DNA of 64,000 nucleotides, from the NCBI GenBank assembly GCA_963721025.1, contig CAVRHN010000014.1:87835-151834 (forward strand), read 5' to 3'. The notes beneath the pieces were generated by a model. It was given only the letters and a program-made list of their open reading frames with translations. It ran no database searches and was not told the DNA's origin. Positions within the stretch are counted from its first letter, which is position 1. Every line of letters begins with the position of its first letter. A program made the translations under genes and the position numbers. Positions 1-10,701 of this stretch are shown here, one piece after another. Origin of the DNA: an uncultured Alphaproteobacteria bacterium. GTDB lineage: Bacteria > Pseudomonadota > Alphaproteobacteria > Rhizobiales > Xanthobacteraceae.

Positions 1-2
1 CG

Positions 3-779
3 TACGCGGTGGCCCGGCGGATAGCGGCGCAAGCGCAAGGCGACCTTCTCGTCATCGAACGCACGCTCAACGAAAAGGGCAACCTGCGACAGCAGATCGC
101 CGTGGACGACGTGCGCCGGACGGTGTCGTTTTTCGGCGCCACGGCCGGGGAGGGAGGCTGGCGAGTCGCGATCGTCGACGCGGTCGACGAGCTCAATCGG
201 TCGGGCGCCAATGCGCTGCTCAAGGTCCTCGAGGAGCCGCCGCAACGGGCGTTGTTGCTGCTGGTGTGCCATTCCGCGGCGCGCGTGCCGGCGACGCTGC
301 GCTCACGCTGCCGCGTGGTGACGTTGCGGCCTTTGGCGCAGCCCGAGGTCGCGGCGGCGCTTGCCGCGGCGGTCGGGCTTACGGCAAGCGATCCACAGAT
401 TCAGGCCGCCGCTGCCGCCGCGGAGGGCAGCGTCGGACGGGCGCTGACCTTCCTCGACGAGGGGGCTTTGGCGCTCCGCCAGCGCGCGCTCGATCAGCTC
501 GACCGCTTACCGGCGCTCGACGCCAACGCGTTGCACGGGCTGGGCGAAGCGCTCGCCGGCACCGACCCGCAGCCGCTTGCCGCCTTCGTCGATACCGTCA
601 ATGCCTGGCTGTCGCAGCGGCTTCATCGCAACCAGGGTGAAATAGACCGGGTGGCGCCCCTGGCCGAAGCCTGGGAACGCATCAACCGCGCCGTCCGCGA
701 CGCCGAGACCTACAATTTGGAACGAAAGCCGCTGGTCTTCAGCGTGTTCGGCTTGCTTGCCGAGGTTACGCGCGGTTGA
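3..779 (+). CDS. holB: DNA polymerase III delta-prime subunit, 3' part (5' end outside window)
   Basis: Frame is open to the window edge. Motifs GANALLKVLEEPP and LRSRCRVV are typical of clamp-loader delta-prime. Lies upstream of metG-tatD. Confidence 0.8.
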   Translation, partial: YAVARRIAAQAQGDLLVIERTLNEKGNLRQQIAVDDVRRTVSFFGATAGEGGWRVAIVDAVDELNRSGANALLKVLEEPPQRALLLLVCHSAARVPATLRSRCRVVTLRPLAQPEVAAALAAAVGLTASDPQIQAAAAAAEGSVGRALTFLDEGALALRQRALDQLDRLPALDANALHGLGEALAGTDPQPLAAFVDTVNAWLSQRLHRNQGEIDRVAPLAEAWERINRAVRDAETYNLERKPLVFSVFGLLAEVTRG

Positions 780-851
780 TACCTATGCGCCGTCCTTGGC
801 CGGGCCTGTCCCGGCCTTTGGTCATTCGAGGCATCCCTGGCGCGGAATGAC

Positions 852-2411
852 ATGGCTGCCAAGCCCTACTACATCACCACGGCGATCTCCTACCCGAACG
901 GCCCGCCGCATATCGGCCACGCCTATGAGGCGATCGCGACCGACGCCATCGCCCGCTTCATGCGGCTCGACGGCTATGACGTGTTCTTCGTCACCGGCAC
1001 TGACGAGCACGGCCAGAAGATTCAGCAGACCGCGGCACGCGAAGGCCTGACGCCCCGGCAATTACTCGACCGCAATGTGCCGTTGTTCGAGGCCATGGTG
1101 AAGCGGCTCAATTGCTCGAACGACGACTTCATCCACACCACCGAGCAGCGCCACCACCGGTCGTCGGAAGAAATCTGGCGGCGTATGGAGCGGAACGGCG
1201 ACATCTATCTCGGCAAATATGCCGGCTGGTATTCGGTGCGCGACGAGGCGTATTACGCCGCGGACGAAACCCACCTCAACGAGCAAAAGCAGCGCATTGC
1301 CACCGAGACCGGGACGCCGGTCGAATGGGTGGAGGAGGAGAGCTATTTCTTCAAGCTCTCGGCCTACCAGCAGAAGCTATTGGACCTCTACGAGCGGCCG
1401 AACTACGTGCTGCCAAAGGAACGCCTGAACGAAGTCGCGAGTTTCGTGCGCGGCGGTTTGCAGGACCTCTCGATCTCGCGCACCACCTTCGACTGGGGCA
1501 TCCGCGTGCCCGGCCGCGACGGCCACATCATGTACGTGTGGGTCGACGCGCTGACAAATTACATAACCGCGGTTGGCTTTCCCGATGCGGACAGCGAGAA
1601 ATTCCGCAAATACTGGCCCGCCGATCTGCATGTCATCGGCAAGGACATCGTGCGCTTCCACGCCGTGTACTGGCCGGCCTTTTTGATGTCGGCGGGTATT
1701 GCCGTGCCGCAGCGCATTTTTTCCCACGGTTTCTTGTTCAACCGCGGGGAGAAAATGTCGAAGTCGGTCGGCAACGTCATCGATCCGTTCGCGCTGGCCG
1801 AGGCCTATGGCGTCGATCAACTGCGCTACTTCTTGCTGCGCGAGGTGCCGTTCGGCCAGGACGGCAATTACAGCCACGAGGCGATCGTCAACCGCATCAA
1901 TGCCGATCTCGCCAACGATCTCGGCAATCTGGCGCAGCGCTCGCTGACCATGGTGCCGCGCAATTTCGCCGGCGTGTTGCCGCAGCCGGCGGACTTCAGC
2001 CCCACCGACCAGGCGATCCTCGGCGCCGCCGATGCCATGATCGGCAAGGCGCGCGACGCCATGGCGACCCAGCAATTGCATCAGGTGCTCAACGCCGTCT
2101 GGGCGGTGGTCGCCGATGCCAACCGCTATTTCGCCGGCGCGGCGCCGTGGGCGCTGGCCAAGACCGATCCGCACCGGCAGGGCACCATCCTCTACGTGAC
2201 CGCGGAGGTGTTGCGGCAGGTCGCGATCCTGGCGCTGCCGTTCATGCCAGGGTCGGCGGGGAAATTGCTCGATCTTTTTGCGGTGCCCGCCGGCGAGCGC
2301 AATTTCTCATTCCTCGGGGGCGCCCATCGCATCGCCGCCGGCGCCAAACTTCCGGCACCGGCGCCGGTGTTCCCGCGTTATGTCGAGCCGGAAACGCGCG
2401 CGGCGCAATAG
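852..2411 (+). CDS. metG: Methionine--tRNA ligase
   Basis: ATG at 852. Class I HIGH-type motif (PPHIGHAYE) and KMSKS motif present. 519 aa. Confidence 0.95.
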   Translation: MAAKPYYITTAISYPNGPPHIGHAYEAIATDAIARFMRLDGYDVFFVTGTDEHGQKIQQTAAREGLTPRQLLDRNVPLFEAMVKRLNCSNDDFIHTTEQRHHRSSEEIWRRMERNGDIYLGKYAGWYSVRDEAYYAADETHLNEQKQRIATETGTPVEWVEEESYFFKLSAYQQKLLDLYERPNYVLPKERLNEVASFVRGGLQDLSISRTTFDWGIRVPGRDGHIMYVWVDALTNYITAVGFPDADSEKFRKYWPADLHVIGKDIVRFHAVYWPAFLMSAGIAVPQRIFSHGFLFNRGEKMSKSVGNVIDPFALAEAYGVDQLRYFLLREVPFGQDGNYSHEAIVNRINADLANDLGNLAQRSLTMVPRNFAGVLPQPADFSPTDQAILGAADAMIGKARDAMATQQLHQVLNAVWAVVADANRYFAGAAPWALAKTDPHRQGTILYVTAEVLRQVAILALPFMPGSAGKLLDLFAVPAGERNFSFLGGAHRIAAGAKLPAPAPVFPRYVEPETRAAQ

Positions 2412-2413
2412 CC

Positions 2414-3244
2414 ATGCTGATCGACAGCCATTGCCATCTCGATTTCCCGGATTTTGCCGCCGAGCTTGACGCCGTCGTCGCGCGGGCGCGTGGCGCTGGC
2501 ATCGCCCGCATGGTCACAATCTCGACGCGGGTTCACCGGCACGCCGAGGTGCTCGCGATCGCCGAACGCTTTGCCGATGTTTATGCTTCCGTCGGCACGC
2601 ATCCGCATTACGCCGACCAGGAAGCGGATGTGACCGCGGCCGACCTGGTCGCCCGCACCCGCCATCCCAAAGTCGTCGCGCTCGGCGAAGCAGGGCTCGA
2701 CTACCATTATGACAACTCGCCGCGCGCGGCGCAGGAGCGCGGATTTCGCACGCACATCGCCGCGGCGCGCGAGACCGGATTGCCGCTGGTCATCCACACC
2801 CGCGAGGCCGACGACGACACCGCGCGGATTCTCGAGGAGGAGACGGGGCAGGGCGCCTTCCCCGCCGTGTTGCATTGCTTTACCGGCAGCCATGAGCTTG
2901 CGCAGCGCGCAGTCGCGCTTGGGCTTTTCATCTCTTTCACCGGCATTCTGACCTTCAAGAATTCGGCGGCGCTGCGCGCCATTGCCGCCGAGCTGCCGGC
3001 CGACCGCATCCTCATTGAGACCGATGCGCCCTACCTCGCGCCTGGCCGGTTTCGTGGCAAGCGCAACGAACCGGCTTATGTGGTTGAAATCGCCAAGCTG
3101 CTCGCCGAATGCCGCGGCACCTCATTCGACGAGATGGCGCGCCAGACCTCGGACAACTTCTTTCGGCTGTTCAGCAAGGTGCCACGGCCAGCGGCCAGCG
3201 CGGATGCGTATCATTCGCCCAAACTTGGTGCGCCGGCGGCATGA
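2414..3244 (+). CDS. TatD-family metal-dependent hydrolase
   Basis: ATG at 2414, 3 nt after the metG stop. N-terminus MLIDSHCHLDF is the TatD/YcfH signature. The 710-aa track ORF 1112..3244 is an artefactual upstream extension of this frame. Confidence 0.9.
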   Translation: MLIDSHCHLDFPDFAAELDAVVARARGAGIARMVTISTRVHRHAEVLAIAERFADVYASVGTHPHYADQEADVTAADLVARTRHPKVVALGEAGLDYHYDNSPRAAQERGFRTHIAAARETGLPLVIHTREADDDTARILEEETGQGAFPAVLHCFTGSHELAQRAVALGLFISFTGILTFKNSAALRAIAAELPADRILIETDAPYLAPGRFRGKRNEPAYVVEIAKLLAECRGTSFDEMARQTSDNFFRLFSKVPRPAASADAYHSPKLGAPAA

Positions 3245-4041
3245 CGCTGAAATTCACGATTCTCGGCTGCGGTTCTTCCGCCGGCGTGCCGCGGCCGGCG
3301 CTGGGCTGGGGCGCCTGCGATCCCAACAATCCGAAAAACCGTCGCCGGCGCACGTCGCTCCTGGTCGAGCGTCACAATTCCGGCGGCGTGACGCGGGTCC
3401 TGGTCGACACACCGCCCGATCTGCGCGAGCAGCTCCTCGACGCCGAGGTCGATTGGGTCGACGGCGTCCTCTACACCCACGAGCACGCCGACCACACCCA
3501 CGGCATCGACGATCTGCGTTCGCTGTTCATGAAACGGCGGCGATTGGTCGACGTCTACCTCGACGAACAGACCGCGGCGATGATGCACACCCGATTCAGC
3601 TATTGCTTCAAGTCGCCGCCCGGCAGCGAATATCCGCCGATGGTCAGCGAGCATCGCCTGGTGGCCGGGCGCGAGATCACGATCGAAGGGCAGGGCGGCA
3701 CCGTCACGGCCCTGCCCATCCTGCAGCAGCATGGCGACATCGCCTCGCTGGGCTTTCGCTTCGGCAAGGTCGCCTATTCCTGCGACCTCAGCGGCATGCC
3801 GTCCGCGAGCGTCGCGGCCTTGGCCGGCCTCGACGTCTGGATCGTCGACGCGTTGCGCTACCGGCCGCACCCGAGCCATTTCTCGCTCGACGACGCCCTC
3901 GCCTGGATCGAGCGGCTGAAGCCCCGGCGCGCGATCCTGACCAACTTGCACGCCGATCTCGATTACGAAGCCGTGCGCAAAGCGGTGCCGCCGCATGTCG
4001 AACCGGCCTACGACGGGATGGCGTTTTCGGTCGCGGAGTGA
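3241..4041 (+). CDS. MBL-fold metallo-hydrolase (PhnP-like)
   Basis: ATG at 3241 overlaps the tatD stop (ATGA). HxHxDH motif (THEHADHTHG). N-terminus MTLKFTILGCGSSAGVP. Confidence 0.8.
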   Translation: MTLKFTILGCGSSAGVPRPALGWGACDPNNPKNRRRRTSLLVERHNSGGVTRVLVDTPPDLREQLLDAEVDWVDGVLYTHEHADHTHGIDDLRSLFMKRRRLVDVYLDEQTAAMMHTRFSYCFKSPPGSEYPPMVSEHRLVAGREITIEGQGGTVTALPILQQHGDIASLGFRFGKVAYSCDLSGMPSASVAALAGLDVWIVDALRYRPHPSHFSLDDALAWIERLKPRRAILTNLHADLDYEAVRKAVPPHVEPAYDGMAFSVAE

Positions 4042-4202
4042 TCGTCGCCCGGCGAATAGTGGCGTCTTATCAGAGGCCTGCCGCGAGCTCTTAAACGCAC
4101 GATCGGCCCAAGTATCCTGCATCGCACAAAATATTCCATAATATGTCTTATGCGAACGAGATGCTCGAATGAGGCTGCCGCCGCGGGGCTCCGCGCTGCC
4201 CT

Positions 4203-4907
4203 TCACCAAATTCCCGGCAGCAGCCGCCAGCGCACCCGCTCCCCGTAGTTGCGATAGCCCGGCAATTCGGCGAGCAACACACGGTCCTCCGTCGCGGCGC
4301 GATACAAGAGTAACGGCAAAGTGGAGACCACGAGCATGGCCGCGGCGATCCAGGAGTCGAGCGCCGGACCGCTCGCCACCACGATGACGATGCCGGCGAG
4401 ATAGCCCGGGTGGCGGATGATGGCGTAAGGCCCGGTGGTGATGACGACCTGCCCGCGATCGTTTTGGATGCGCACGATCGACGAGAAGAAGCGGTTCACG
4501 CGCATGGCCCACAGGCAGAAGGCGTAGCCGGCAGCGAGTGCGATCAGCGCCGTCCATTGCAGCCAGATCGGCACAGTGTCGCTCCAATGGAGGCGGCCGT
4601 GGTCAAGACCGGCAATCACCCAATGCATGAACAGGACCCCGGAAAACAGCCGCAGCGCCAGCGGGGGCTTCTTTCCGCCTGGACGCATTCGCTCGCGCGC
4701 CAGATCGGGATCCAGCCACAGGAACGATGCGACGAACACGGCGGCGAAAATCGCGAGATAAACCCAGTAGGTGACGATGGCGACTGTACCGGCCGCGGCA
4801 AACAGGGCCACGGCAGCCAAAACGAAGAAAGCGACCGACTGGATGTAAGCGGAAGCGGGCACTGGTAGAGCCCTCACCTTGCCGAGGCACGGAACCAAAG
4901 TCGTCAT
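4203..4907 (-). CDS. Isoprenylcysteine carboxyl methyltransferase (ICMT)-family membrane protein
   Basis: Multiple hydrophobic helices. C-terminal motif IIRHPGYLAG is typical of ICMT/phospholipid methyltransferase family. Start placed at the internal ATG (MTTLVP); the alternative is 4958. Confidence 0.7.
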   Translation of the reverse strand: MTTLVPCLGKVRALPVPASAYIQSVAFFVLAAVALFAAAGTVAIVTYWVYLAIFAAVFVASFLWLDPDLARERMRPGGKKPPLALRLFSGVLFMHWVIAGLDHGRLHWSDTVPIWLQWTALIALAAGYAFCLWAMRVNRFFSSIVRIQNDRGQVVITTGPYAIIRHPGYLAGIVIVVASGPALDSWIAAAMLVVSTLPLLLYRAATEDRVLLAELPGYRNYGERVRWRLLPGIW

Positions 4908-4994
4908 GCCGGCGTTGCTTGCCAAGGCCGCCCCGCCGCTTCGGCTGAGCGGCCGCACCGGTTTGTCATCCCGTCATAACCCGAAGGTGATGCC

Positions 4995-5537
4995 GTGAAC
5001 AACAAAGTCCGAGCCCTCGACACGCGCCGCAAGCCGGCCGCGCCACTTGATACGCCCACCGACCTTTCGGCAGACGCCGTGAGCCAGATATCCGCGAAGC
5101 TGAACGAAATCCTGGCCACCACATTCGCGCTCTACCTCAAGACCAAGAACTTCCATTGGCATGTCAGCGGCCCGCATTTCCGCGACTATCATCTGCTGTT
5201 CGACGAGCAGGCCGAGCAGATTTTCGCCTCGACCGACGACCTCGCCGAACGCGTCCGCAAGGTCGGCGGCACTACGTTGCGGTCGATCGGCCAAATCTCC
5301 AAGCTGCAGGACATCGAGGACAACGACGAGAGTTACGTAGCGCCGGGCGACATGCTCAGCGAGCTGATGGCCGACAACAAGAAGGTCGTCGCGGCCATGC
5401 GCGCGTGCCACAAGATTTGCGACGACCACGAGGACATCGCCACCGCGAGCCTTCTCGAAAACTTTATCGATCAGGCCGAGCGGCGCCTTTGGTTCCTGTT
5501 CGAGGCGAGCCGCAAAGCGGACCAGTCCGGCCACTGA
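4995..5537 (+). CDS. dps: Dps DNA-protection/ferritin-like protein
   Basis: Motif KTKNFHWHVSGPHFRDYHLLFDEQ is typical of Dps. GTG start at 4995; there is no in-frame ATG upstream of the domain. Confidence 0.9.
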   Translation: MNNKVRALDTRRKPAAPLDTPTDLSADAVSQISAKLNEILATTFALYLKTKNFHWHVSGPHFRDYHLLFDEQAEQIFASTDDLAERVRKVGGTTLRSIGQISKLQDIEDNDESYVAPGDMLSELMADNKKVVAAMRACHKICDDHEDIATASLLENFIDQAERRLWFLFEASRKADQSGH

Positions 5538-5617
5538 CGGCCTTGACGAATACCGCGACGACAGTCGCCGCGGCATAAGGGGTCTGGTAGCTTCCCGCTG
5601 CCATTTGGGAAACTGCC

Positions 5618-6409
5618 ATGACAGCTTCGCGCGATATCGGCCGGCTCCTCGACATCATGGCGGCGCTGCGGACGCCGCAGAGCGGCTGTCCGTGGGATTT
5701 GGCGCAAAACTTTGCTAGCATCGCGCCCTACACGCTTGAAGAAGCGTATGAAGTCGCCGACGCTATCGCCCGCAACGACCTCGGGGATCTCGAGGAGGAA
5801 TTGGGCGATCTGCTGCTCCAAGTCGTCTTCCACGCTCGCATGGCCGAGGAACAAGGCGCTTTCGATTTCGGCGATGTGGTCGAGACCATTACCGACAAGC
5901 TCATTCGCCGCCATCCGCACGTCTTTGGCGACGAGCGCTCGGCCGATCCGCGCGCCGTCGAAGGCCTGTGGGAGCGGATCAAGGCAGAGGAAAAGGCGGC
6001 GCGCGGCGGTTCGCCCGAGCAGGGCGCGCTTGCCGGCGTGCCGGTGACGCTCCCTGCCCTGACGCGAGCGCTTAAGCTACAGACCAACGCGAGCAAGTTC
6101 GGCTTCGATTGGAACGATCCGCGCGCCGTGCTGCGCAAAATCCGCGAAGAGGCCGACGAAATCGAGGCCGCGCTCGACGGCGACGTGGCCAATGCCGCGG
6201 CCGAGGTCGGCGACCTGTTGTTCGCCGCGGTGAATCTCGCGCGCCATCTGCGCGCCGACCCGGAGGCGCTGTTGCGGCAGACCAACCATAAGTTCGAACG
6301 CCGCTTTTCGGCAATAGAGCGGGCGCTCGCCGCGCGCGGAAAAGCGCTGCAGGATGCCACGCTCGCCGAAATGGATGCGCTGTGGGAAGAAGCGAAGGCG
6401 AGGGAGTAG
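5618..6409 (+). CDS. mazG: Nucleoside triphosphate pyrophosphohydrolase MazG
   Basis: Tandem MazG domains with EExxE-type motifs ([21 protein letters not shown]). 263 aa. Confidence 0.9.
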   Translation: MTASRDIGRLLDIMAALRTPQSGCPWDLAQNFASIAPYTLEEAYEVADAIARNDLGDLEEELGDLLLQVVFHARMAEEQGAFDFGDVVETITDKLIRRHPHVFGDERSADPRAVEGLWERIKAEEKAARGGSPEQGALAGVPVTLPALTRALKLQTNASKFGFDWNDPRAVLRKIREEADEIEAALDGDVANAAAEVGDLLFAAVNLARHLRADPEALLRQTNHKFERRFSAIERALAARGKALQDATLAEMDALWEEAKARE

Positions 6410-6444
6410 CACTCCTTCTCCCCGCCTATGACCCGCGCAGCGGG

Positions 6445-7809
6445 TTATCGGCCAAACTTCTCCCTTACTGCCGTAGCCTTTTCCGGCCCGACCCGCACCG
6501 TCATGGTCATCCGGCCGGTCTTCTCGTCCGCCGCCTTGCGGATCACCTCCGTGTGGCGGTGCAGCCAGCTCACGCCCGCGCCGTCGGCGGCGTCGAGGAC
6601 AAGCTCGATGAGGACGCGCCCAGCGGCGAGCCGCGCCTCGATTGTCGCGGACAGCGCCGCGATCCCCTCCCCGGTCAAGGCCGAAACCAGCACCGGCCGT
6701 TCCTCCGCCGGGCGCCGTTCAGCGAGGTTTCGCAATCGCACCCGTTCATCGGCATCGAGCCGATCGAGCTTGTTCCACACCTCGATCAGCACGCGCTTGT
6801 GCTGCGACCCGTTGTGCGGATCGATGCCGAGCTGCCGCAGGACGTTCTCCACGTCCTGCGACTGCGCTTCGGCGTCTTCATGCGAGACATCGCGCACATG
6901 CAGGATGACGTCGGCCTCGATCACTTCTTCCAGCGTGGCGCGGAACGCCGCGATCAGCATCGTCGGCAGATCGGAAATAAAGCCGACCGTATCGGACAGG
7001 ATCATCCGCGCGCCGTGCGGCAGGTCGACGGCGCGCAGCGTCGGATCGAGCGTCGAGAACAGCATGTCGGCGGACAGCACGCTCGCTTGCGTCATGCGGT
7101 TGAACAGCGTCGACTTGCCGGCATTGGTGTAACCGACCAGCGCCACGATCGGATAAGGCACGCGGCGGCGGCTCTCGCGATGCAGTTCCCGTGTGCGCTT
7201 GACCTTGGCAAGCTCGGCCTCGATCTTGGCGAGGCGCTCCTCGATCAGGCGGCGGTCGGCTTCGAGTTGGGTCTCGCCGGGCCCGCCGAGAAAGCCGTAG
7301 CCGCCACGCTGGCGCTCGAGATGGGTCCAGGAGCGCACCAGCCGGCCTTTCTGGTAGGTCAGGTGCGCATGCTCGATCTGTAACGCGCCTTCGCGGGTGC
7401 GCGCGCGCCGGCCGAAGATCTCCAGGATCAGGCCGGTGCGGTCGAGCACCTTGGCGTTCCAGGCCTTTTCCAGATTGCGCTGCTGCACCGGCGACAGCGC
7501 GCAGTCCATGACCACGATGCCGGCTGCATGCGTTTTGATGAGTCCGGCGATCTCCTCGACCTTGCCCTTGCCGAGGTAGGTTGCCGGCCGCACCGCGTTG
7601 AGCATCACGATGCCGGATTGTTCGACATCGAGAGCGATGGCGCGGGCCAGCCCGACCGCCTCGTCGAGCCGCGCCGCGGGCGTGCGCTCGGCCGCTGCGG
7701 CGCGCGCCACCGTCCGCCGCAACGCCGGCTCGATGACGAGCGCGCGGCCGGTTGCCGAGCCCGCGGAGCTTAGCCGATCGGAGCGCGTGTCGCGGCGGCG
7801 CGGCTCCAA
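6445..7809 (-). CDS. hflX: GTPase HflX
   Basis: G1 motif GYTNAGKST and DTVGFI motif. Immediately downstream of hfq. The first codon at 7809 is TTG, so the exact start is uncertain. Confidence 0.9.
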   Translation of the reverse strand: MEPRRRDTRSDRLSSAGSATGRALVIEPALRRTVARAAAAERTPAARLDEAVGLARAIALDVEQSGIVMLNAVRPATYLGKGKVEEIAGLIKTHAAGIVVMDCALSPVQQRNLEKAWNAKVLDRTGLILEIFGRRARTREGALQIEHAHLTYQKGRLVRSWTHLERQRGGYGFLGGPGETQLEADRRLIEERLAKIEAELAKVKRTRELHRESRRRVPYPIVALVGYTNAGKSTLFNRMTQASVLSADMLFSTLDPTLRAVDLPHGARMILSDTVGFISDLPTMLIAAFRATLEEVIEADVILHVRDVSHEDAEAQSQDVENVLRQLGIDPHNGSQHKRVLIEVWNKLDRLDADERVRLRNLAERRPAEERPVLVSALTGEGIAALSATIEARLAAGRVLIELVLDAADGAGVSWLHRHTEVIRKAADEKTGRMTMTVRVGPEKATAVREKFGR

Positions 7810-8070
7810 TCAGACCTTTTCCCCGGCCGGTGCATCCTCGGCGCCTTCGAACAGCTGGACGGGATGACCCGGCATGATGGTTGAAATGGCGTGCTTGTAG
7901 ACGAGCTGCGAATGCCCGTCGCGACGCAACAGTACGCAGAAATTATCGAACCAGGTTACCACGCCTTGCAGCTTCACGCCATTCACCAGAAAAATGGTGA
8001 GCGGGATTTTGCTCTTGCGGACGTGATTGAGAAAGGTGTCTTGCAGGTTTTGTGCGCGGTCGGCTGCCAT
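7810..8070 (-). CDS. hfq: RNA chaperone Hfq
   Basis: Sm-like sequence [40 protein letters not shown]. 86 aa. Confidence 0.97.
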   Translation of the reverse strand: MAADRAQNLQDTFLNHVRKSKIPLTIFLVNGVKLQGVVTWFDNFCVLLRRDGHSQLVYKHAISTIMPGHPVQLFEGAEDAPAGEKV

Positions 8071-8367
8071 GGCCGTTGTTTCCGTTCTTGTACCGCGGGC
8101 CCCTGCCCCGCGGGTCTTTTCTTACGCTGCTTCACATGGGGGTGGGTCGAGCGAAGCGAAACCCACCGTAGCTGCCGTACCCGACGCAATGGGCGCGCTT
8201 CGCTCAGCCCATCCTCCAGGTTTACGCTCCGCCCATCCCGGCCGACGGAGCCAAGCTGATTATTAGAGGGCACTGCGAGAGGCGATGCAAGCCCAAGTTG
8301 GCAGGGAATGCGAGCCTCCTGTGCTCGCCGACGCCCCACGGAGAGTACAAAACCCCCTATTTCATGC

Positions 8368-9225
8368 TCATCCAGTCTCCGCATAGCGGTGAAACTCGCG
8401 CCGCAACGCTGTCGCCACCGGGCCGGGTTTGCCGTCGCCGATCGGGCGGCCGTCGATGCGCACCACCGGCAGCACGATTTGGCTGGCCGCGGTAACGAAG
8501 GCTTCGCGCGCGGCATACGCCTCTTCCAGCGTGAACGGCCGCTCCTCGACGGCAAGCCCCTGCGCCTTGATGGCTGCCAACAGGACCATGCGCGTAATGC
8601 CGCGCAGGATGCCGTGATCGGCGGGCCGGGTCACGACCGTGCCGGCCGGCGTGACGATCCAGGCGTTCGCAGAAGCGCCTTCCGTGACGGTGCCGTCCTT
8701 GTCGACGAACCAGGCATCGCGCGCACCCCGCTCGATCGCGGCCTGGCGCGCCAGGACGTTGGGGAGGAGCCCGATCGTCTTGATGTCGACGCGCCCCCAG
8801 CGGTTGTCCGGCACGCTGACGACCGCGATACCCGTGGCGGCGAGCGCCTCGTTACGCGCGCTGTTGAGAGGCCGCGCGGTCACCACCACGCTCGGCGGCA
8901 CCTCCGGCGCCGGGAACGCATGGTCGCGCCGCGCCACGCCGCGGGTGACCTGCAGGTAGACAATACCGTAGCCGATGCGGTTCTTCGCAATCACCTCGCG
9001 CAGTATGGTGCCGAGCGCGGCGGGCGACATCGGCATGCGGATGCGGAGTTCGGCGAGCGAGCGCTGCAGCCGATCGACATGGCGCCGCTCGTCGATCAGC
9101 CGCCCTCCCCTCACCTCGCAGACTTCGTAGACGCCGTCGCCGAACTGATAGCCGCGATCCTCGATGTGGACCTTTGCGGCGCGCATCGGCAGGTAGCGGC
9201 CGTTGACGTAAGCGATCCGGGACAT
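8368..9225 (-). CDS. dat: Class IV aminotransferase, D-amino-acid aminotransferase-like
   Basis: Fold-type IV PLP enzyme pattern (EDRGYQFGDGVYE, GILRGITR). 285 aa. Confidence 0.8.
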   Translation of the reverse strand: MSRIAYVNGRYLPMRAAKVHIEDRGYQFGDGVYEVCEVRGGRLIDERRHVDRLQRSLAELRIRMPMSPAALGTILREVIAKNRIGYGIVYLQVTRGVARRDHAFPAPEVPPSVVVTARPLNSARNEALAATGIAVVSVPDNRWGRVDIKTIGLLPNVLARQAAIERGARDAWFVDKDGTVTEGASANAWIVTPAGTVVTRPADHGILRGITRMVLLAAIKAQGLAVEERPFTLEEAYAAREAFVTAASQIVLPVVRIDGRPIGDGKPGPVATALRREFHRYAETG

Positions 9226-9328
9226 CAGTGTCCGGGTATCAGTAAAGGGTAATCGGTAATCAGAAAGAAAAAATTCGGCATAAGCATCAGCTCAATCGTC
9301 TGATTGACCACCGATGACCGAGTCCTGG

Positions 9329-10699
9329 TCAGTCAATCCCCAGCGCCTTGAGCTTGCGGTGGAGCGCCGAGCGCTCCATGCCAACAAACTCGGCGGTGCG
9401 CGAAATATTGCCGCCGAAGCGGTTGATCTGCGCCAGCAGATACTCGCGCTCGAACACTTCGCGCGCTTCGCGCAGCGCCAGGCTCATGAGGTGCTCGCCG
9501 CCATTGCCGTTCGGCATCGAGGGAATCATCGAGCCGACGTCCTGCGGCAGCATCGACGCAGAGATCACAGCATCCGGCTCGCCGCCCGCGAGGATCATCA
9601 GCCGCTCGACGTTGTTGCGCAGTTGCCGCACGTTGCCCGGCCAGTCGTGCGACTGCAGCACCGCCAGCGCGTCGCTGCCGATATTGCGCTTCGGCAGGCC
9701 GGTGGTCTGCGAAATCTGCGCCATGAAATAATCGACCAGCTCAGGAACGTCCTCGCGGCGCTCGGCCAGCGGCGGCACCCGGATCGGCACAACCGACAGC
9801 CGATGATAGAGGTCCTCGCGGAACTTTCCGGCGGCGATATCGGCTTCAATGTTGCGGCTGGTGGAAGAGACGATGCGCACATCGACCGTGACTTTGGTGC
9901 TGCCGCCGACGCGCTGGAAAGTCTGGTCGACGAGCACGCGCAAGATCTTGTTCTGGGTCTCGCGCGGCATCTCGGCAATCTCGTCGATGAACAGCGTGCC
10001 GCCATGGCCCTCTTCGAGCGCGCCGACCTTGCGGCTTTTGCTGCCGTTTCCCGCTTCGACGCCGAACAGCTCGACCTCCATATGCTGCGGCATGATGGCG
10101 GCGGCGTTGATCACCACGAACGGTCCGTTGGCGCGCGCCGACAGCGCATGAATTGTACGCGCCGCAAGCTCCTTGCCGCTGCCCGACGGGCCGACGATAA
10201 GGACGCGGCTGTTGGTCGGTCCCACTTTCTCGATCGTCTGCCGCAACTGATTGGCGGCGGGCGAATGGCCGACCAGCATTGCCGACAGCGGGCCGAGCTG
10301 TTTGAGTTCCCTCACCTCGCGGCGCAACCGCGAGTGCTCGAGCGTGCGTTCGGCGACGAGCAGCAGCCGGTCGGCTTTGAACGGCTTCTCGATAAAGTCG
10401 TAGGCGCCGCGCTTGATCGCCGAAACCGCGGTCTCGATGTTGCCGTGCCCCGAGATCATCACCACCGGCAGCTCGGGGTGGTCCTGCTTGAGCACGTCGA
10501 GCAGTTGCAGCCCGTCGAGGCGGCTGCCCTGCAGCCAGATATCGAGGAACACCAGACCAGGCCGGCGCGCCACGACCGCCGCCAGCGCTTCGTCGCTGTC
10601 GGCCGCGGTGCGGGTGCCGTGGCCTTCGTCCTGCAGAATGCCGGCGACCAGTTCGCGGATATCCGCCTCATCATCCACGATCAGGATATCGGAAGCCAT
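9329..10699 (-). CDS. ntrX: Response regulator NtrX (receiver + AAA+ + HTH)
   Basis: Receiver (ILIVDDEADIRE), Walker A GPSGSGKE, and no GAFTGA loop, as expected for NtrX. C-terminal Fis-type HTH. ATG at 10699 lies 3 nt after the ntrY stop. Confidence 0.9.
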   Translation of the reverse strand: MASDILIVDDEADIRELVAGILQDEGHGTRTAADSDEALAAVVARRPGLVFLDIWLQGSRLDGLQLLDVLKQDHPELPVVMISGHGNIETAVSAIKRGAYDFIEKPFKADRLLLVAERTLEHSRLRREVRELKQLGPLSAMLVGHSPAANQLRQTIEKVGPTNSRVLIVGPSGSGKELAARTIHALSARANGPFVVINAAAIMPQHMEVELFGVEAGNGSKSRKVGALEEGHGGTLFIDEIAEMPRETQNKILRVLVDQTFQRVGGSTKVTVDVRIVSSTSRNIEADIAAGKFREDLYHRLSVVPIRVPPLAERREDVPELVDYFMAQISQTTGLPKRNIGSDALAVLQSHDWPGNVRQLRNNVERLMILAGGEPDAVISASMLPQDVGSMIPSMPNGNGGEHLMSLALREAREVFEREYLLAQINRFGGNISRTAEFVGMERSALHRKLKALGID

Positions 10700-10701
10700 G
10701 A

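Noticed and set aside
1112-3244. 710-aa ORF spanning metG and tatD
   Set aside because: Its first ~430 codons are an Arg/Ala/Gly-rich alternative frame over metG, typical of a high-G+C shadow frame. Only the segment from ATG 2414 (MLIDSHCHLDF...) looks like a real protein (TatD).
3211-4587. 458-aa minus-strand ORF
   Set aside because: It is antisense to the MBL hydrolase gene, has an Arg/Gly/Ala-biased composition and shows no motif. It is a GC-rich shadow ORF.
8071-8367. 297-nt hfq upstream region with small hairpins (e.g. CCGCGGG-N7-CCCGCGG at ~8095), considered as an sRNA or autoregulatory leader
   Set aside because: The stems are short and GC-driven. I have no conserved motif to anchor a call and cannot distinguish this from an ordinary 5' UTR or the terminator of the upstream aminotransferase gene.
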